Assembly: GCA_011364975.1 (NCBI GenBank)
Contig: RDOE01000016.1
Location: forward strand, 1-54,649
DNA from: Promethearchaeota archaeon
GTDB lineage: Archaea; Asgardarchaeota; Lokiarchaeia; Sigyniarchaeales; SOKP01
Reading direction: 5' to 3'
Length of the DNA: 54,649 nucleotides
Each line of letters begins with the position of its first letter. Positions within the stretch are counted from its first letter, which is position 1. Position numbers and translations under genes: made by a program. The notes below the pieces were generated by a model. That model had not been told where the DNA came from. It saw only the letters and a list, made by a program, of their open reading frames with translations, and ran no database searches. This document shows, piece by piece, positions 1 to 8,933 of this stretch.

Positions 1-1
1 T

Positions 2-637
2 CTTTCGAGTACTGAACGAAGTCAATTATATGAACTTCGCCAAAAAATACAGAAATATGAAAAATTTTTAACTTACTTTGGTGAATGGGGCCATAAATAT
101 GATTATGAATTAAAAATGATTATACTCGGCTTAAAGGATGAACAATCTGAAATACTTTCACAGATTTTATGCAAATCCAAAATTACAGCGGAGAGAAAAA
201 TAATAGGGCTTAATTTTTATAACAAACTTATAGACAATTTCGATAAAACCGTAACTAACTTACAAATTTGGGATGTTTCTAACAATAAACGATTTGAGTC
301 TATTCGAAAACATTATTACAAGGGAGCAACAGCAGCAATTCTCGTTTTTGATAAAAATAACCTGGAATCATTTAATTTGGTGAAAAGGTATTTTATAGAA
401 TTAAAAGATGTAACTGAATTAAAATTTAGTAGAAAATCATTAAAATTGAAGGAAATAAAAATGCCTTTAGCATTAGTTGGTATAGGACGGCAAAATAATA
501 TTCCTATTGAAGAAATATATTTAACTGCTAAAAATCTTGGAGCCCAATATTTTGATTTTGAAGATATTTACGATGAGACATTACAGGAAGTATTTACTTA
601 TTGTGCTTATCAAGCAATATTAAGATTTCAAGAATAA
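2..637 (+). CDS. C-terminal part of a protein ending in a degenerate Rab-like small GTPase domain (5' end outside window)
   Basis: Frame is open from position 2 through the tracked ATG at 116 (...GHKYDYELKMIILG). Rab-like motifs LQIWD and RFESIRKHYYKGATAAILVFD are present. P-loop and NKxD are degenerate. Confidence 0.7.
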   Translation, partial: LSSTERSQLYELRQKIQKYEKFLTYFGEWGHKYDYELKMIILGLKDEQSEILSQILCKSKITAERKIIGLNFYNKLIDNFDKTVTNLQIWDVSNNKRFESIRKHYYKGATAAILVFDKNNLESFNLVKRYFIELKDVTELKFSRKSLKLKEIKMPLALVGIGRQNNIPIEEIYLTAKNLGAQYFDFEDIYDETLQEVFTYCAYQAILRFQE

Positions 638-780
638 CTCAATTTTTTTTTAATTTTATCATCGTGAAACAAGCCTTTCACGTAAAAAAGTATTATCTAG
701 ATACATATGAAAAATAGATTACCTATTCTTAGATAAAAAATATTAAAAAAAAAGTTGAATATATTTTGATTCGTCATTTT

Positions 781-1509
781 TCATTTAGATTCTATTTTCA
801 AATTCTTGAAGCTACCTATTATTAAACTTAAACACCAAAGATACATAACGATTTTTTGTATTGTAACTTGAAGCATTAAACCTTCAATTGTATTACCTTC
901 AGGACCAATTAAATAGGCGATTATATAGCTAACTAACGCAAATATAAAGAAAATAAAAGGAATTGCGTGCTTACTAGAATAATTTGAAGTTCTAAAGATC
1001 ATTATCGTGTACGTTATAAATGGAATAAGTGCCCAGAGGAAAGCACTAGCTGCAAATAAGTTATGTTCAGTAGGATATATATTTGATGGTGTAAAAACGA
1101 CGCCTATAAACGAAATTGTTGAAATAATTGTGAAAATAAATCCTAAAGTATATAAAAATTTATCAGATTTCCGCTCACGTTTTTGCCAAGAAATAATAAA
1201 AAAGAATGAATGTGAAAGAGAGAATATTGTTAAAGAAATTGAAAATAGTATTAAAGATGGTAAATTTGATTCACCAGAATAAGTTATAGTATTACCTAAA
1301 TCACTGAAATAGTTAAGGAAGAAGGAATATCCAATAGTACTTGGATCTATTTGTGTGCCTCCAGGATAAAAAAGCATTGCAATAATTGTCAATACTACAA
1401 ATTGAGATGCCCCTGCAATTATAAACTGAAATAAGAATTTTTTCCAGTTATTATTATTCAAATTATCATAACCTATTGGTAGAAATTTTTTTCTAAAAAT
1501 GGATTTCAA
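781..1509 (-). CDS. Multi-pass membrane protein (DUF998-like)
   Basis: About 6 hydrophobic segments; YPGG...YSFFLNYFSDLG motif and a His in a TM segment. Confidence 0.6.
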   Translation of the reverse strand: MKSIFRKKFLPIGYDNLNNNNWKKFLFQFIIAGASQFVVLTIIAMLFYPGGTQIDPSTIGYSFFLNYFSDLGNTITYSGESNLPSLILFSISLTIFSLSHSFFFIISWQKRERKSDKFLYTLGFIFTIISTISFIGVVFTPSNIYPTEHNLFAASAFLWALIPFITYTIMIFRTSNYSSKHAIPFIFFIFALVSYIIAYLIGPEGNTIEGLMLQVTIQKIVMYLWCLSLIIGSFKNLKIESK

Positions 1510-1640
1510 GAATAATAATATATGTATTAAATTTAAATCTTGACCTTTTTGTAAGCAATAGAAGTAATACTTTTAAAAAAATAGAGATATAGGAACTTAT
1601 AAAGAGAACATGTATCGATTTTTAGGTTATGAATTTTAAA

Positions 1641-1740
1641 TGGGAACGGAGGGAATTGAACCCCCGATCTACAGGTATCCACGCACATTATTTGCTTATA
1701 GGATCTGGAGCCTGGCGTGCTACGACTACACTACGTCCCC
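1641..1740 (-). tRNA. trnW: tRNA-Trp(CCA) with a 28-nt intron at 37/38 (intron about 1677-1704); CCA tail not encoded
   Basis: Minus strand folds as a cloverleaf: acceptor GGGGACG/CGTTCCC+A, D stem GTGT/GCAC, anticodon stem CAGG/CCTG, loop CT-CCA-G|intron|A, T arm GGGGG-TTCAATT-CCCTC. Anticodon at 1708-1706. Confidence 0.93.
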
Positions 1741-1770
1741 AAATTAAGACTTCAGATAATGATAATATTT

Positions 1771-1834
1771 ATGATGAATAAAGCAATTTATATTTTTCCT
1801 AATATCAAATAGTATTAGGGAAGGAATTTCCTGA
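1771..1834 (+). ncRNA. Possible box C/D guide sRNA
   Basis: Box C ATGATGA at 1771-1777 and box D CTGA at 1831-1834, preceded by AAGGAATTTC, complementary to the conserved 23S motif GAAAUUCCUU. C'/D' boxes are unconvincing and the region overlaps the probable tRNA promoter. Confidence 0.3.
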
Positions 1835-1897
1835 TCTTAAATAACATATGAATGCATTAAAAAATGGTATCTTAAGGTATATATAAGGAAAATAATT

Positions 1898-2065
1898 TCA
1901 ACTTTTTTTATCTTGTTTGGTATTACAAAAAGGGCATACTTCAGCATTATTACCTATTTTTTCTCCACAAGCAAAACATATATTTTCGGTTTCACCAAAT
2001 TGAATTTTTTTGTCCGTCACTTTTATTTCCTTATTTTGCTCTGTATAGTGTTCCTTCTTAGGCAT
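1898..2065 (-). CDS. 55-aa zinc-ribbon microprotein (not in ORF track)
   Basis: Manual translation: MPKKEHYTEQNKEIKVTDKKIQFGETENICFACGEKIGNNAEVCPFCNTKQDKKS*, with CxxC-x10-CxxC. Alternative GTG start at 2020. Confidence 0.75.
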   Translation of the reverse strand: MPKKEHYTEQNKEIKVTDKKIQFGETENICFACGEKIGNNAEVCPFCNTKQDKKS

Positions 2066-2281
2066 TTTTATCTCACAAAATTAAAATATCGTAACTTTTT
2101 ATGATAGAGAAAATTGAATAAAATCTTTAAAAGAATTGGAGACCAATATTTACTACAATTCATTATATAAATAGTATAAGCATAAAATTTAAGAGTTTAA
2201 AACAATTTCTAAACTATAATAAAGCAACTATAATGTTATAAATAACTAAACTAAAAAATAAATTTTTGTGTGTAATAAAAA

Positions 2282-2485
2282 ATGCCGGGAAGTCATGGTA
2301 GTTTAACGAAAGCTGGTAAAGTAAAACAGCAAACTCCGAAGATAGAACGAACGGGTGTTAATTCAAGTAATAAAAAACCCCCAAGAATGAGATTTAGACA
2401 GCTCTATAATCAGCGGGTTAATAAAGGCAAGTATGGTGGTCAATCTAATTCATTAGGCGCCAAAAGAGCCAATTTCTCAAGATAA
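2282..2485 (+). CDS. rps30e: 30S ribosomal protein S30e (eS30)
   Basis: SHGSLTKAGKVKQQTPKI signature; small and basic. Confidence 0.95.
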   Translation: MPGSHGSLTKAGKVKQQTPKIERTGVNSSNKKPPRMRFRQLYNQRVNKGKYGGQSNSLGAKRANFSR

Positions 2486-2502
2486 ATATCACTTTTTCTT
2501 TA

Positions 2503-4392
2503 TTAATTTATCACGCCGATTTTTTTTAATTGGTTAGTTAGAATTTGACTTTGTTTATAATAATAGGCAGAGTTATTACTGTCTTTTGCAAGGAGATCAT
2601 AATAATCACACATTAACAAATTCCATCGTATAGACCGCTTAATGCCAGAAATCTCTTTTAAGTTTATTGAAATATTCTTTTCAATCCTTTTTAAGAGAAA
2701 TAAAGCTTTTCGAGAATCTATCCTATGATGGATATAAAATTCAGCTAACTCTAAAATTAGATCTAAAAAGAGGTATGCATATTGCCTTTCATCAAAATCA
2801 ATTCCAACAGAATCAATGGCGGTCCTAAGCATTTTTTGAGCTTGAGACAGATTTCCCTTTTTTTTGAACAATCTTGCCCTAAGGAGATAATATTTTAGTT
2901 TTACTTTGATTGATGTATTTATAATTTGGAAAGCTTTTTTAAAACTATTTTTAGCCTCTGCAGGATGATTTTCTTCTTGATTAATTAATCCTACGTAAGT
3001 GTATGCTAATCCTAAGTACTCATCCCGATTTGAAGAAGCTTCTTCATTTTCGAGAAAACTAATAATGATGTTAAAATGATTAAGAGCATCAATTAATTGA
3101 TTAGTAGAATGATACCATTTCCCTAGTTTATAATGAATTTTTAGAATAAACTCTATTGGTACCTCTCCTGATTTTGCAACACCTAACGCGCTTTGTAAAT
3201 AATTTAAGGCCGTTTCATTTTGGCCTAATAAAACAGCAATTTTATGTAATTTTAATAATATAGCTACAACAATTTTCTTTTGCCGATTTTTATTAAAGAT
3301 TTTTAAAGAGCGATTTAATAGTTCAGCTGCATCATCAAATCTATAATTTTTTAATAAATCTTCCGCTTCAGTATAGGCATTAATCGATTCAATGACTTCA
3401 AAATTTGAAGGTGGGGTATTAAATAAATCATTATGAATTTTATATAATTCAGTTTTTGTAATACTGCTTTCATAATGTAAAGCTGTAAAAGGGAAATTAT
3501 TTTGATCTTGATCAAAACCATTATTCTGTAGTTCTCTTTCGAAGTTGAATTGCATATAATCAGCTTGATTTATTTCTGCGAGATTAATGATATCTAAAAC
3601 AGAATTTAGAAGATTTCTAGCAAATTTAACCCAGTTCTCTAAATACGTTTCAAGATTATTTTCTGATTCATTGAATAATTTAGCTATTAAAAAAGGAGTA
3701 TAACAATCAAATAGGGATCTTATATAAAATTTATTATATTCTAAATCTTTAAAATATGAGAAATAACCTTTTTCTAATACAAAAAACTCATCAAAAGATT
3801 CTTCGTTTGAAAAAAACAAGGTTTCAGAGGTTCTTAGTTTCGGTACACCTTCTTTAAGTTCCCAAGGAAGATTAAAAGTAGGTTCTAGTCGGACTTTTTT
3901 TAAAACAGTATTTACGTTCTCGACAATTAAAAAATCATCTTGATTAAGATCACTTTTTTTATTCATAATAGAAATTCTAATTCGATTTATCCAGGTGCTC
4001 TCATTTTCATTTGTAATAACCTCAGGCATTAAGATATTTAAAAAGTCTAAAAGTTCTTTTTCTTTACCTTTCACTGGGAAATTATGTTCTAAAGAAACTT
4101 TTAGTGCTAAATCTCTTAACATCTTCAAAATATACAAGATACTTTTTAGCGTATTTTGATTTAAATCCCATATTTTAAAGGCTATACAAACTCTAAAGCT
4201 CACCATTTCAAATGGTATGTTGAGCCTTACTGGTAAAGATACTGGAAACTTAATTGTAAATAAGACTAGTTTATCCTTTCTTAAACTAAATCGAAAATAA
4301 TTTTCAATGGTACCTTCTATTTTAAAGCCATTTTTTTGAATAAGTTGCTTTAATTGATCTATTTCATTTGAAGAAAAAGGACGAACAGACAT
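2503..4392 (-). CDS. TPR-repeat protein with an uncharacterised N-terminal domain
   Basis: C-terminal half has TPR-like helical pairs (AAELLNRSLKIF, ALNYLQSALGVA, ALNHFNIII, AKNSFKKAFQI). Confidence 0.7.
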   Translation of the reverse strand: MSVRPFSSNEIDQLKQLIQKNGFKIEGTIENYFRFSLRKDKLVLFTIKFPVSLPVRLNIPFEMVSFRVCIAFKIWDLNQNTLKSILYILKMLRDLALKVSLEHNFPVKGKEKELLDFLNILMPEVITNENESTWINRIRISIMNKKSDLNQDDFLIVENVNTVLKKVRLEPTFNLPWELKEGVPKLRTSETLFFSNEESFDEFFVLEKGYFSYFKDLEYNKFYIRSLFDCYTPFLIAKLFNESENNLETYLENWVKFARNLLNSVLDIINLAEINQADYMQFNFERELQNNGFDQDQNNFPFTALHYESSITKTELYKIHNDLFNTPPSNFEVIESINAYTEAEDLLKNYRFDDAAELLNRSLKIFNKNRQKKIVVAILLKLHKIAVLLGQNETALNYLQSALGVAKSGEVPIEFILKIHYKLGKWYHSTNQLIDALNHFNIIISFLENEEASSNRDEYLGLAYTYVGLINQEENHPAEAKNSFKKAFQIINTSIKVKLKYYLLRARLFKKKGNLSQAQKMLRTAIDSVGIDFDERQYAYLFLDLILELAEFYIHHRIDSRKALFLLKRIEKNISINLKEISGIKRSIRWNLLMCDYYDLLAKDSNNSAYYYKQSQILTNQLKKIGVIN

Positions 4393-4534
4393 TAATAATG
4401 ATTTTAAAGTAAATTCCCTTAATAAACTAATAAAGAACGCAAATATTAATCTTTCTACAAGGAAATATCAATTATAAATATGTGAATTTATTTGTTAAAA
4501 TTGAATAAAATGAAAAAGGTTTTGAAATGAAATC

Positions 4535-5200
4535 ATGGATATTGCAAAATTTAATAAGGAGTTATCATATAAGGTTGCGAAAGCAAACGGGTTAGAAAAG
4601 AATAATAAACTTAACGAAGCTATTGAAATTTGGCTTAATGTTTCTGAAATGGCTCTAAAAATGTCTAAAACCCCTAACTTGGAATTTTCCTATAAATCCA
4701 TGTTAATGGAAAAAACAGAACAAATAATTGCCCATATTAAGGATTTAAAGTCAAGATTATCAGGTCAAAAGGAAGTAAAACTAATCTCAAAAGGATTGAG
4801 CTCTTCTAAGATAGAGTACATCGATGAGGATGAGGATATTCAAGAATCACATCCCATAGCAAAACAAGCTCCAGTTACCAAAGATTCTAAAATAAACCCT
4901 GAAATTGATATAATTGAAGAAAGTGATATTAAAAATTTACCAATTGGATTTAAAGAAATAAAGCCTAAAAAAGATTTTAAAATTGTAACCCCTCATGATG
5001 AAAATTATGTTAAAGATATGCTAAAAAAAGAAGTTGATATGGATATCTTTAAGCACAGTAATACCGAGGAAAATTCCTCGCAACGTGTTGAATTTGAGCA
5101 ACCTGTAGATAAAAATAAAATAATATGTTTTGCATGTGGTACTGAAATACCCTCAAAATCTAATAAATGCCCCAATTGTGGAACAAATTTAAAAAAATAA
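4535..5200 (+). CDS. MIT-like domain protein with C-terminal zinc ribbon
   Basis: N-terminal three-helix pattern (A..LE..NKLNEAIEIW...MEKTEQIIAHIKDLK), acidic linker, C-terminal CFAC-x10-CPNC. Confidence 0.6.
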   Translation: MDIAKFNKELSYKVAKANGLEKNNKLNEAIEIWLNVSEMALKMSKTPNLEFSYKSMLMEKTEQIIAHIKDLKSRLSGQKEVKLISKGLSSSKIEYIDEDEDIQESHPIAKQAPVTKDSKINPEIDIIEESDIKNLPIGFKEIKPKKDFKIVTPHDENYVKDMLKKEVDMDIFKHSNTEENSSQRVEFEQPVDKNKIICFACGTEIPSKSNKCPNCGTNLKK

Positions 5201-5205
5201 TCAAT

Positions 5206-5889
5206 CTAAAAATTATAGAATTTTTCAGCATCCTTTAATGAAAAAATAGCAAATCGTTCGGATCTTTTTCTCTTTAATGTTTGCCAACCTAATCTAGTAT
5301 CTTTAAGTGCAAGCTGAGTTTTATATAGACTCATAATCTCATAAAGTTTCTCTCTATAATTTGCGATTTTAACTTTAATTTGCCTTTCCATTGGAAGCTT
5401 TATTACATTATAAATAGCATACACGTAAAATTCTGTATCTTTTAGGTTTAACTCTAAAGCACTTTGCTTTGCAATTGTATGCGTAGCTTGGTGATCTGGA
5501 TGATTATTATTATCGCTTGGTAAAACAATTCTATGAGCATCCTTGATTATATTTTTTGCTAATTTAACACCTAGATTGATCTGATTTTTCGCATCTTGGT
5601 CATGAAATTCGAATAAATGAACATGTTCAGAAAGAAAACCAAAAGCCTTTGAAACTTCCTTGGCTTCAGTAAGACAAATTTTAGCAATTTCATCCTCCGT
5701 CAGATTTAAAAAATCTTTGGCATACTTTTCTAAAAGCTGGCCATGTTCTTTTCCCCATGAAATTAAAACCCGATTATCAGTGACATAAATTATATGAAGT
5801 TCATGACCTTCATCCATCCATTTTAAAATAGAACCCCCACACCCATAGACTTCATCATCAGGGTGAGGTGCAAATATAACTATTTTCAT
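5206..5889 (-). CDS. PIG-L/LmbE family deacetylase
   Basis: APHPDDE and HPDH metal-binding motifs. Confidence 0.9.
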   Translation of the reverse strand: MKIVIFAPHPDDEVYGCGGSILKWMDEGHELHIIYVTDNRVLISWGKEHGQLLEKYAKDFLNLTEDEIAKICLTEAKEVSKAFGFLSEHVHLFEFHDQDAKNQINLGVKLAKNIIKDAHRIVLPSDNNNHPDHQATHTIAKQSALELNLKDTEFYVYAIYNVIKLPMERQIKVKIANYREKLYEIMSLYKTQLALKDTRLGWQTLKRKRSERFAIFSLKDAEKFYNF

Positions 5890-5928
5890 AAGTTAATATA
5901 TCTTTTTTAATTATAATTTGAAGAAAAA

Positions 5929-6486
5929 TTATTTAATTGTAGATCTTCCATTATTAACAATTTTCTCATATTTCTCGATCGCTCTCTGTCTCCATATTGT
6001 ATTCCATCTTTTAAAGCCAGATTTCACATATTTTTCTCTATTGTAAAAATCGTATGAGACCCAGTTAAATAATAGAAAGTAGCGTTTCGCACCACTTTTT
6101 GTAGTTAACCTTTTAGACCGAATTCCTAAATCATTTCTCAAATGGTCAAGATATCTGTTCTCTACAGCATCTTGAAGTTTACCTTCAATAATTGCAGGCT
6201 CATAGTTCACACCCTCCTCGTTGAAATACGATCTGAGCTCATCGAAAATGTTCCCTCTACATAGGAGGATTTTTTCTTTTTTATGATCGAAATTTAATTC
6301 CTCAAGGGCTTCCTTGACAATTTCCACTACTCTTTTTAAAGGCGCTTTATTTTCCCAACTCTCTTTTTTAAAGAGCTCTAATGGGATTTTTTTAAAAAGT
6401 AATTGGTCAGTTTCTTTTCTTAAAAAACCAATAAATGCATCTCCAACCAAATCCCCTGTCCCAGCATCGTCAATTTCTATAGTCAT
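5929..6486 (-). CDS. Conserved hypothetical protein, possible RNase H-like fold
   Basis: N-terminal IEIDDAGTGDLVG resembles the RNase HII GxDEAGRG motif. Confidence 0.5.
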   Translation of the reverse strand: MTIEIDDAGTGDLVGDAFIGFLRKETDQLLFKKIPLELFKKESWENKAPLKRVVEIVKEALEELNFDHKKEKILLCRGNIFDELRSYFNEEGVNYEPAIIEGKLQDAVENRYLDHLRNDLGIRSKRLTTKSGAKRYFLLFNWVSYDFYNREKYVKSGFKRWNTIWRQRAIEKYEKIVNNGRSTIK

Positions 6487-6572
6487 TTTTTAAAATCAAT
6501 CTTCTACTCTATTTGTTTCATTTGTTAAAATTTGGTAATTAATTTCAAGTTTTAGTTTTTAAAAAGTAGAAA

Positions 6573-7985
6573 TCATATAGGTTTACGAGTCAATTCATTC
6601 TTTCTTAGAGTCATTATTTCTCTAAGGGTTTTAAATTCTTTGGGATAATGAAAATATGTGATTATCCAAAAAGCACTGCCGAAAAGTTGCACTAAAAGTA
6701 CGAGTGATATCGCAAGACTTAATAATGATATGTCATTTTCAATCAAAGAGGATAAAAGTAAATTACCAATTATCGCTCCAAAGTTCACCATTAATCCATT
6801 AAAAGAATTAGCAGTACTCCTCAATTCTGGTACATTCACTTCTGAATAAATAGCATATATATTCCCTTGGGATAAATTAATGAAAAAATTCGCAAAAAAC
6901 CCGATTATGATAAAGAATATCCATGAAAATATAATTTCTATGACTGATGCTGTAAAAAACGGAATTAAGTAAAATCCAAACAGAAAAATCATTCCTATAA
7001 TAGACCCAAAAATTGAAATTAAAATTCTACCTTTTAACTTATCCGATTTAACATATGAATCACCTAATTTTCCTCCCATAATTGTTCCTGGAAGTGTGCC
7101 TATCCCAGCCAACAAATATAAAGTAGTTGCTATAAGACCGGGATCTTCTGCTCCTGAGATTTTATTAGTTAAATAGAAAATAGCCCAAGTTCCAAGCGTA
7201 GCTGAAGTTATTCCCTGACATAATACATATAAAAGGATAGATATAACTGATTTCTTTTTAAATAAGTCTTTTAAGTTTCTAATAGTTATTTTATAATCAT
7301 AGATTAAATCTTCACTCTCTTCTTTAAACTCTAATTCAGCACTTCCCTGTTTTGGATCTATTCCACAAATAATGTAATTTATTAAAGTTAAAAATCCTAA
7401 AATAAATCCCAAACCATAAGCAAACCTCCATCCAAAAGGTCCAGTATAGCTTCCTAACAAACCTCCAAAAATTATACCCATACCACTGCCTAACATCAAT
7501 CCTAACTGCATTATTCCATATTTTTTACCTCTCTCTGAATGGACATAAAAATCACTAATAATTGAAAATGCAATAGGTAAGAAAGAACCAGTTCCGAAAG
7601 CTGCAATTGCAATAGTTATTGTAAAAAAGATATAGTTCGGAGATAACGCAGTTAATAAATATGCGAATGTCCAAAGAAAGTTAGTAATAATAAACATTTT
7701 TTTTCGGGAAAACTTTTGGGAAAATCTACCTCCAAAATAACCAAAGATCAAAATACTAATTGAGCTTATTAATAATGAAAGTGCTACTACGACCCCTATT
7801 CCAAAATTAGTAGCACCAGGTAGATATATCAATAAATTTTCAATATTTACCGGAATTATCCCCACTAAAAAATAAATCATGAAATATAGACCCCATAATG
7901 AGATAAAGGTTTTCTTTCTCCTTTTTACATACTCTAATTCGGTCAAAAACATCGCTCCCCTGAAGTTTAAATTATTTTTAATCAA
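6573..7985 (-). CDS. MFS transporter
   Basis: About 12 TM segments; motif A-like GRFSQKFSRKK and GGKLGD; ERGK and PELRSTANS motifs. Confidence 0.88.
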   Translation of the reverse strand: MIKNNLNFRGAMFLTELEYVKRRKKTFISLWGLYFMIYFLVGIIPVNIENLLIYLPGATNFGIGVVVALSLLISSISILIFGYFGGRFSQKFSRKKMFIITNFLWTFAYLLTALSPNYIFFTITIAIAAFGTGSFLPIAFSIISDFYVHSERGKKYGIMQLGLMLGSGMGIIFGGLLGSYTGPFGWRFAYGLGFILGFLTLINYIICGIDPKQGSAELEFKEESEDLIYDYKITIRNLKDLFKKKSVISILLYVLCQGITSATLGTWAIFYLTNKISGAEDPGLIATTLYLLAGIGTLPGTIMGGKLGDSYVKSDKLKGRILISIFGSIIGMIFLFGFYLIPFFTASVIEIIFSWIFFIIIGFFANFFINLSQGNIYAIYSEVNVPELRSTANSFNGLMVNFGAIIGNLLLSSLIENDISLLSLAISLVLLVQLFGSAFWIITYFHYPKEFKTLREIMTLRKNELTRKPI

Positions 7986-8060
7986 AAAACCTAATAATAT
8001 TACTTTACTTTGAATTATAATATATATCTTTCTCTATGTGATTATTTATGGCAGATTAAC

Positions 8061-8855
8061 ATGGATGTAGAATTTATAATTATTGGAAATGAAATTCTTA
8101 TAGGAAAAACTTTAGATTCTAACTCAAACTGGATGGCAAAGCGAGTAACTAAATATGGACACCGAGTTAGAAGAGTGACAACTATAGGAGATGATCTTGA
8201 CATAATTTCGGATATGATTAAAGATGTATTAAGCCGTAATCCCGATTTAATTATTACATCTGGCGGGATGGGCCCAACATTTGACGATATGACTTTGGAA
8301 GGGATTGCTAAAGGTCTAAATAGAGAATTGAAATTAGATGAGCATGCTTATAATATGATTAAAACGTCTTATGAAAAAGCTCATAGGATAGGCTTACTAA
8401 AGTTAGAAGGTATGACTAAGGAAAGAAAAAAGATGGCATATTTACCAGAAGGCTCAGTTCCACTACCAAATACTCGTGGAACAGCACCAGGAGTGAAGAT
8501 TAAGCAAGGCGAAACAACAATTTTTATACTCCCAGGAGTTCCCGCAGAAATGAAAGCAATGTTTCTTAATGTTATCACACCTATTTTAAAAGAAAAAGCA
8601 GGTAAATTTATAGAAAAAGGATTTCTATTTGAAGGAATTGGAGAATCACAGATTGCTCCATATGTCTCTAAACTAGAACATAAGTATCCACAATTATGGA
8701 TAAAGACTCATCCAAGAATTGGCTTGTCGGTTGAGGTTGAGCTTTCTATTACGTCATTTAATGTGGATAATGGCGAGGAATTAACTGATAAAGCTTTGAT
8801 GGACATAAAAAAAATTATACTCACCCTAAATGGTAAAATTAAGAATAGAAAATAA
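8061..8855 (+). CDS. CinA N-terminal / molybdopterin-binding-fold protein (no PncC domain)
   Basis: IGNEILIGKTLDSN, SGGMGPTFDDMT, GTAPG and LPGVPAEM motifs. ATG at 8061 is preferred over TTG at 8010. Confidence 0.88.
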   Translation: MDVEFIIIGNEILIGKTLDSNSNWMAKRVTKYGHRVRRVTTIGDDLDIISDMIKDVLSRNPDLIITSGGMGPTFDDMTLEGIAKGLNRELKLDEHAYNMIKTSYEKAHRIGLLKLEGMTKERKKMAYLPEGSVPLPNTRGTAPGVKIKQGETTIFILPGVPAEMKAMFLNVITPILKEKAGKFIEKGFLFEGIGESQIAPYVSKLEHKYPQLWIKTHPRIGLSVEVELSITSFNVDNGEELTDKALMDIKKIILTLNGKIKNRK

Positions 8856-8862
8856 TTGTTTT

Positions 8863-8933
8863 TGATGCCACCCCACAGGTGGAATACTCAATAAACACCA
8901 CTTATAGTGTTTCTGTTTATTTCATTGACACCA
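8863..8933 (-). promoter_or_regulatory. Eukaryote-type SECIS element in the selD 3' UTR
   Basis: UGGUGUCA-AUGA-AAUAAACA-GAAA-CACU-AUA-AGUG-G-UGUUUAUU-GA-GUAUUCCACCUGUGGGG-UGGCAUCA: helix I, AUGA/GA kink-turn core, helix II, unpaired AAA and apical mini-helix. Starts immediately after the selD stop. Confidence 0.88.

Noticed and set aside
1913-2104. Tracked 63-aa plus-strand ORF
   Set aside because: It is the antisense shadow of the zinc-ribbon gene at 1898-2065 and has no motifs.
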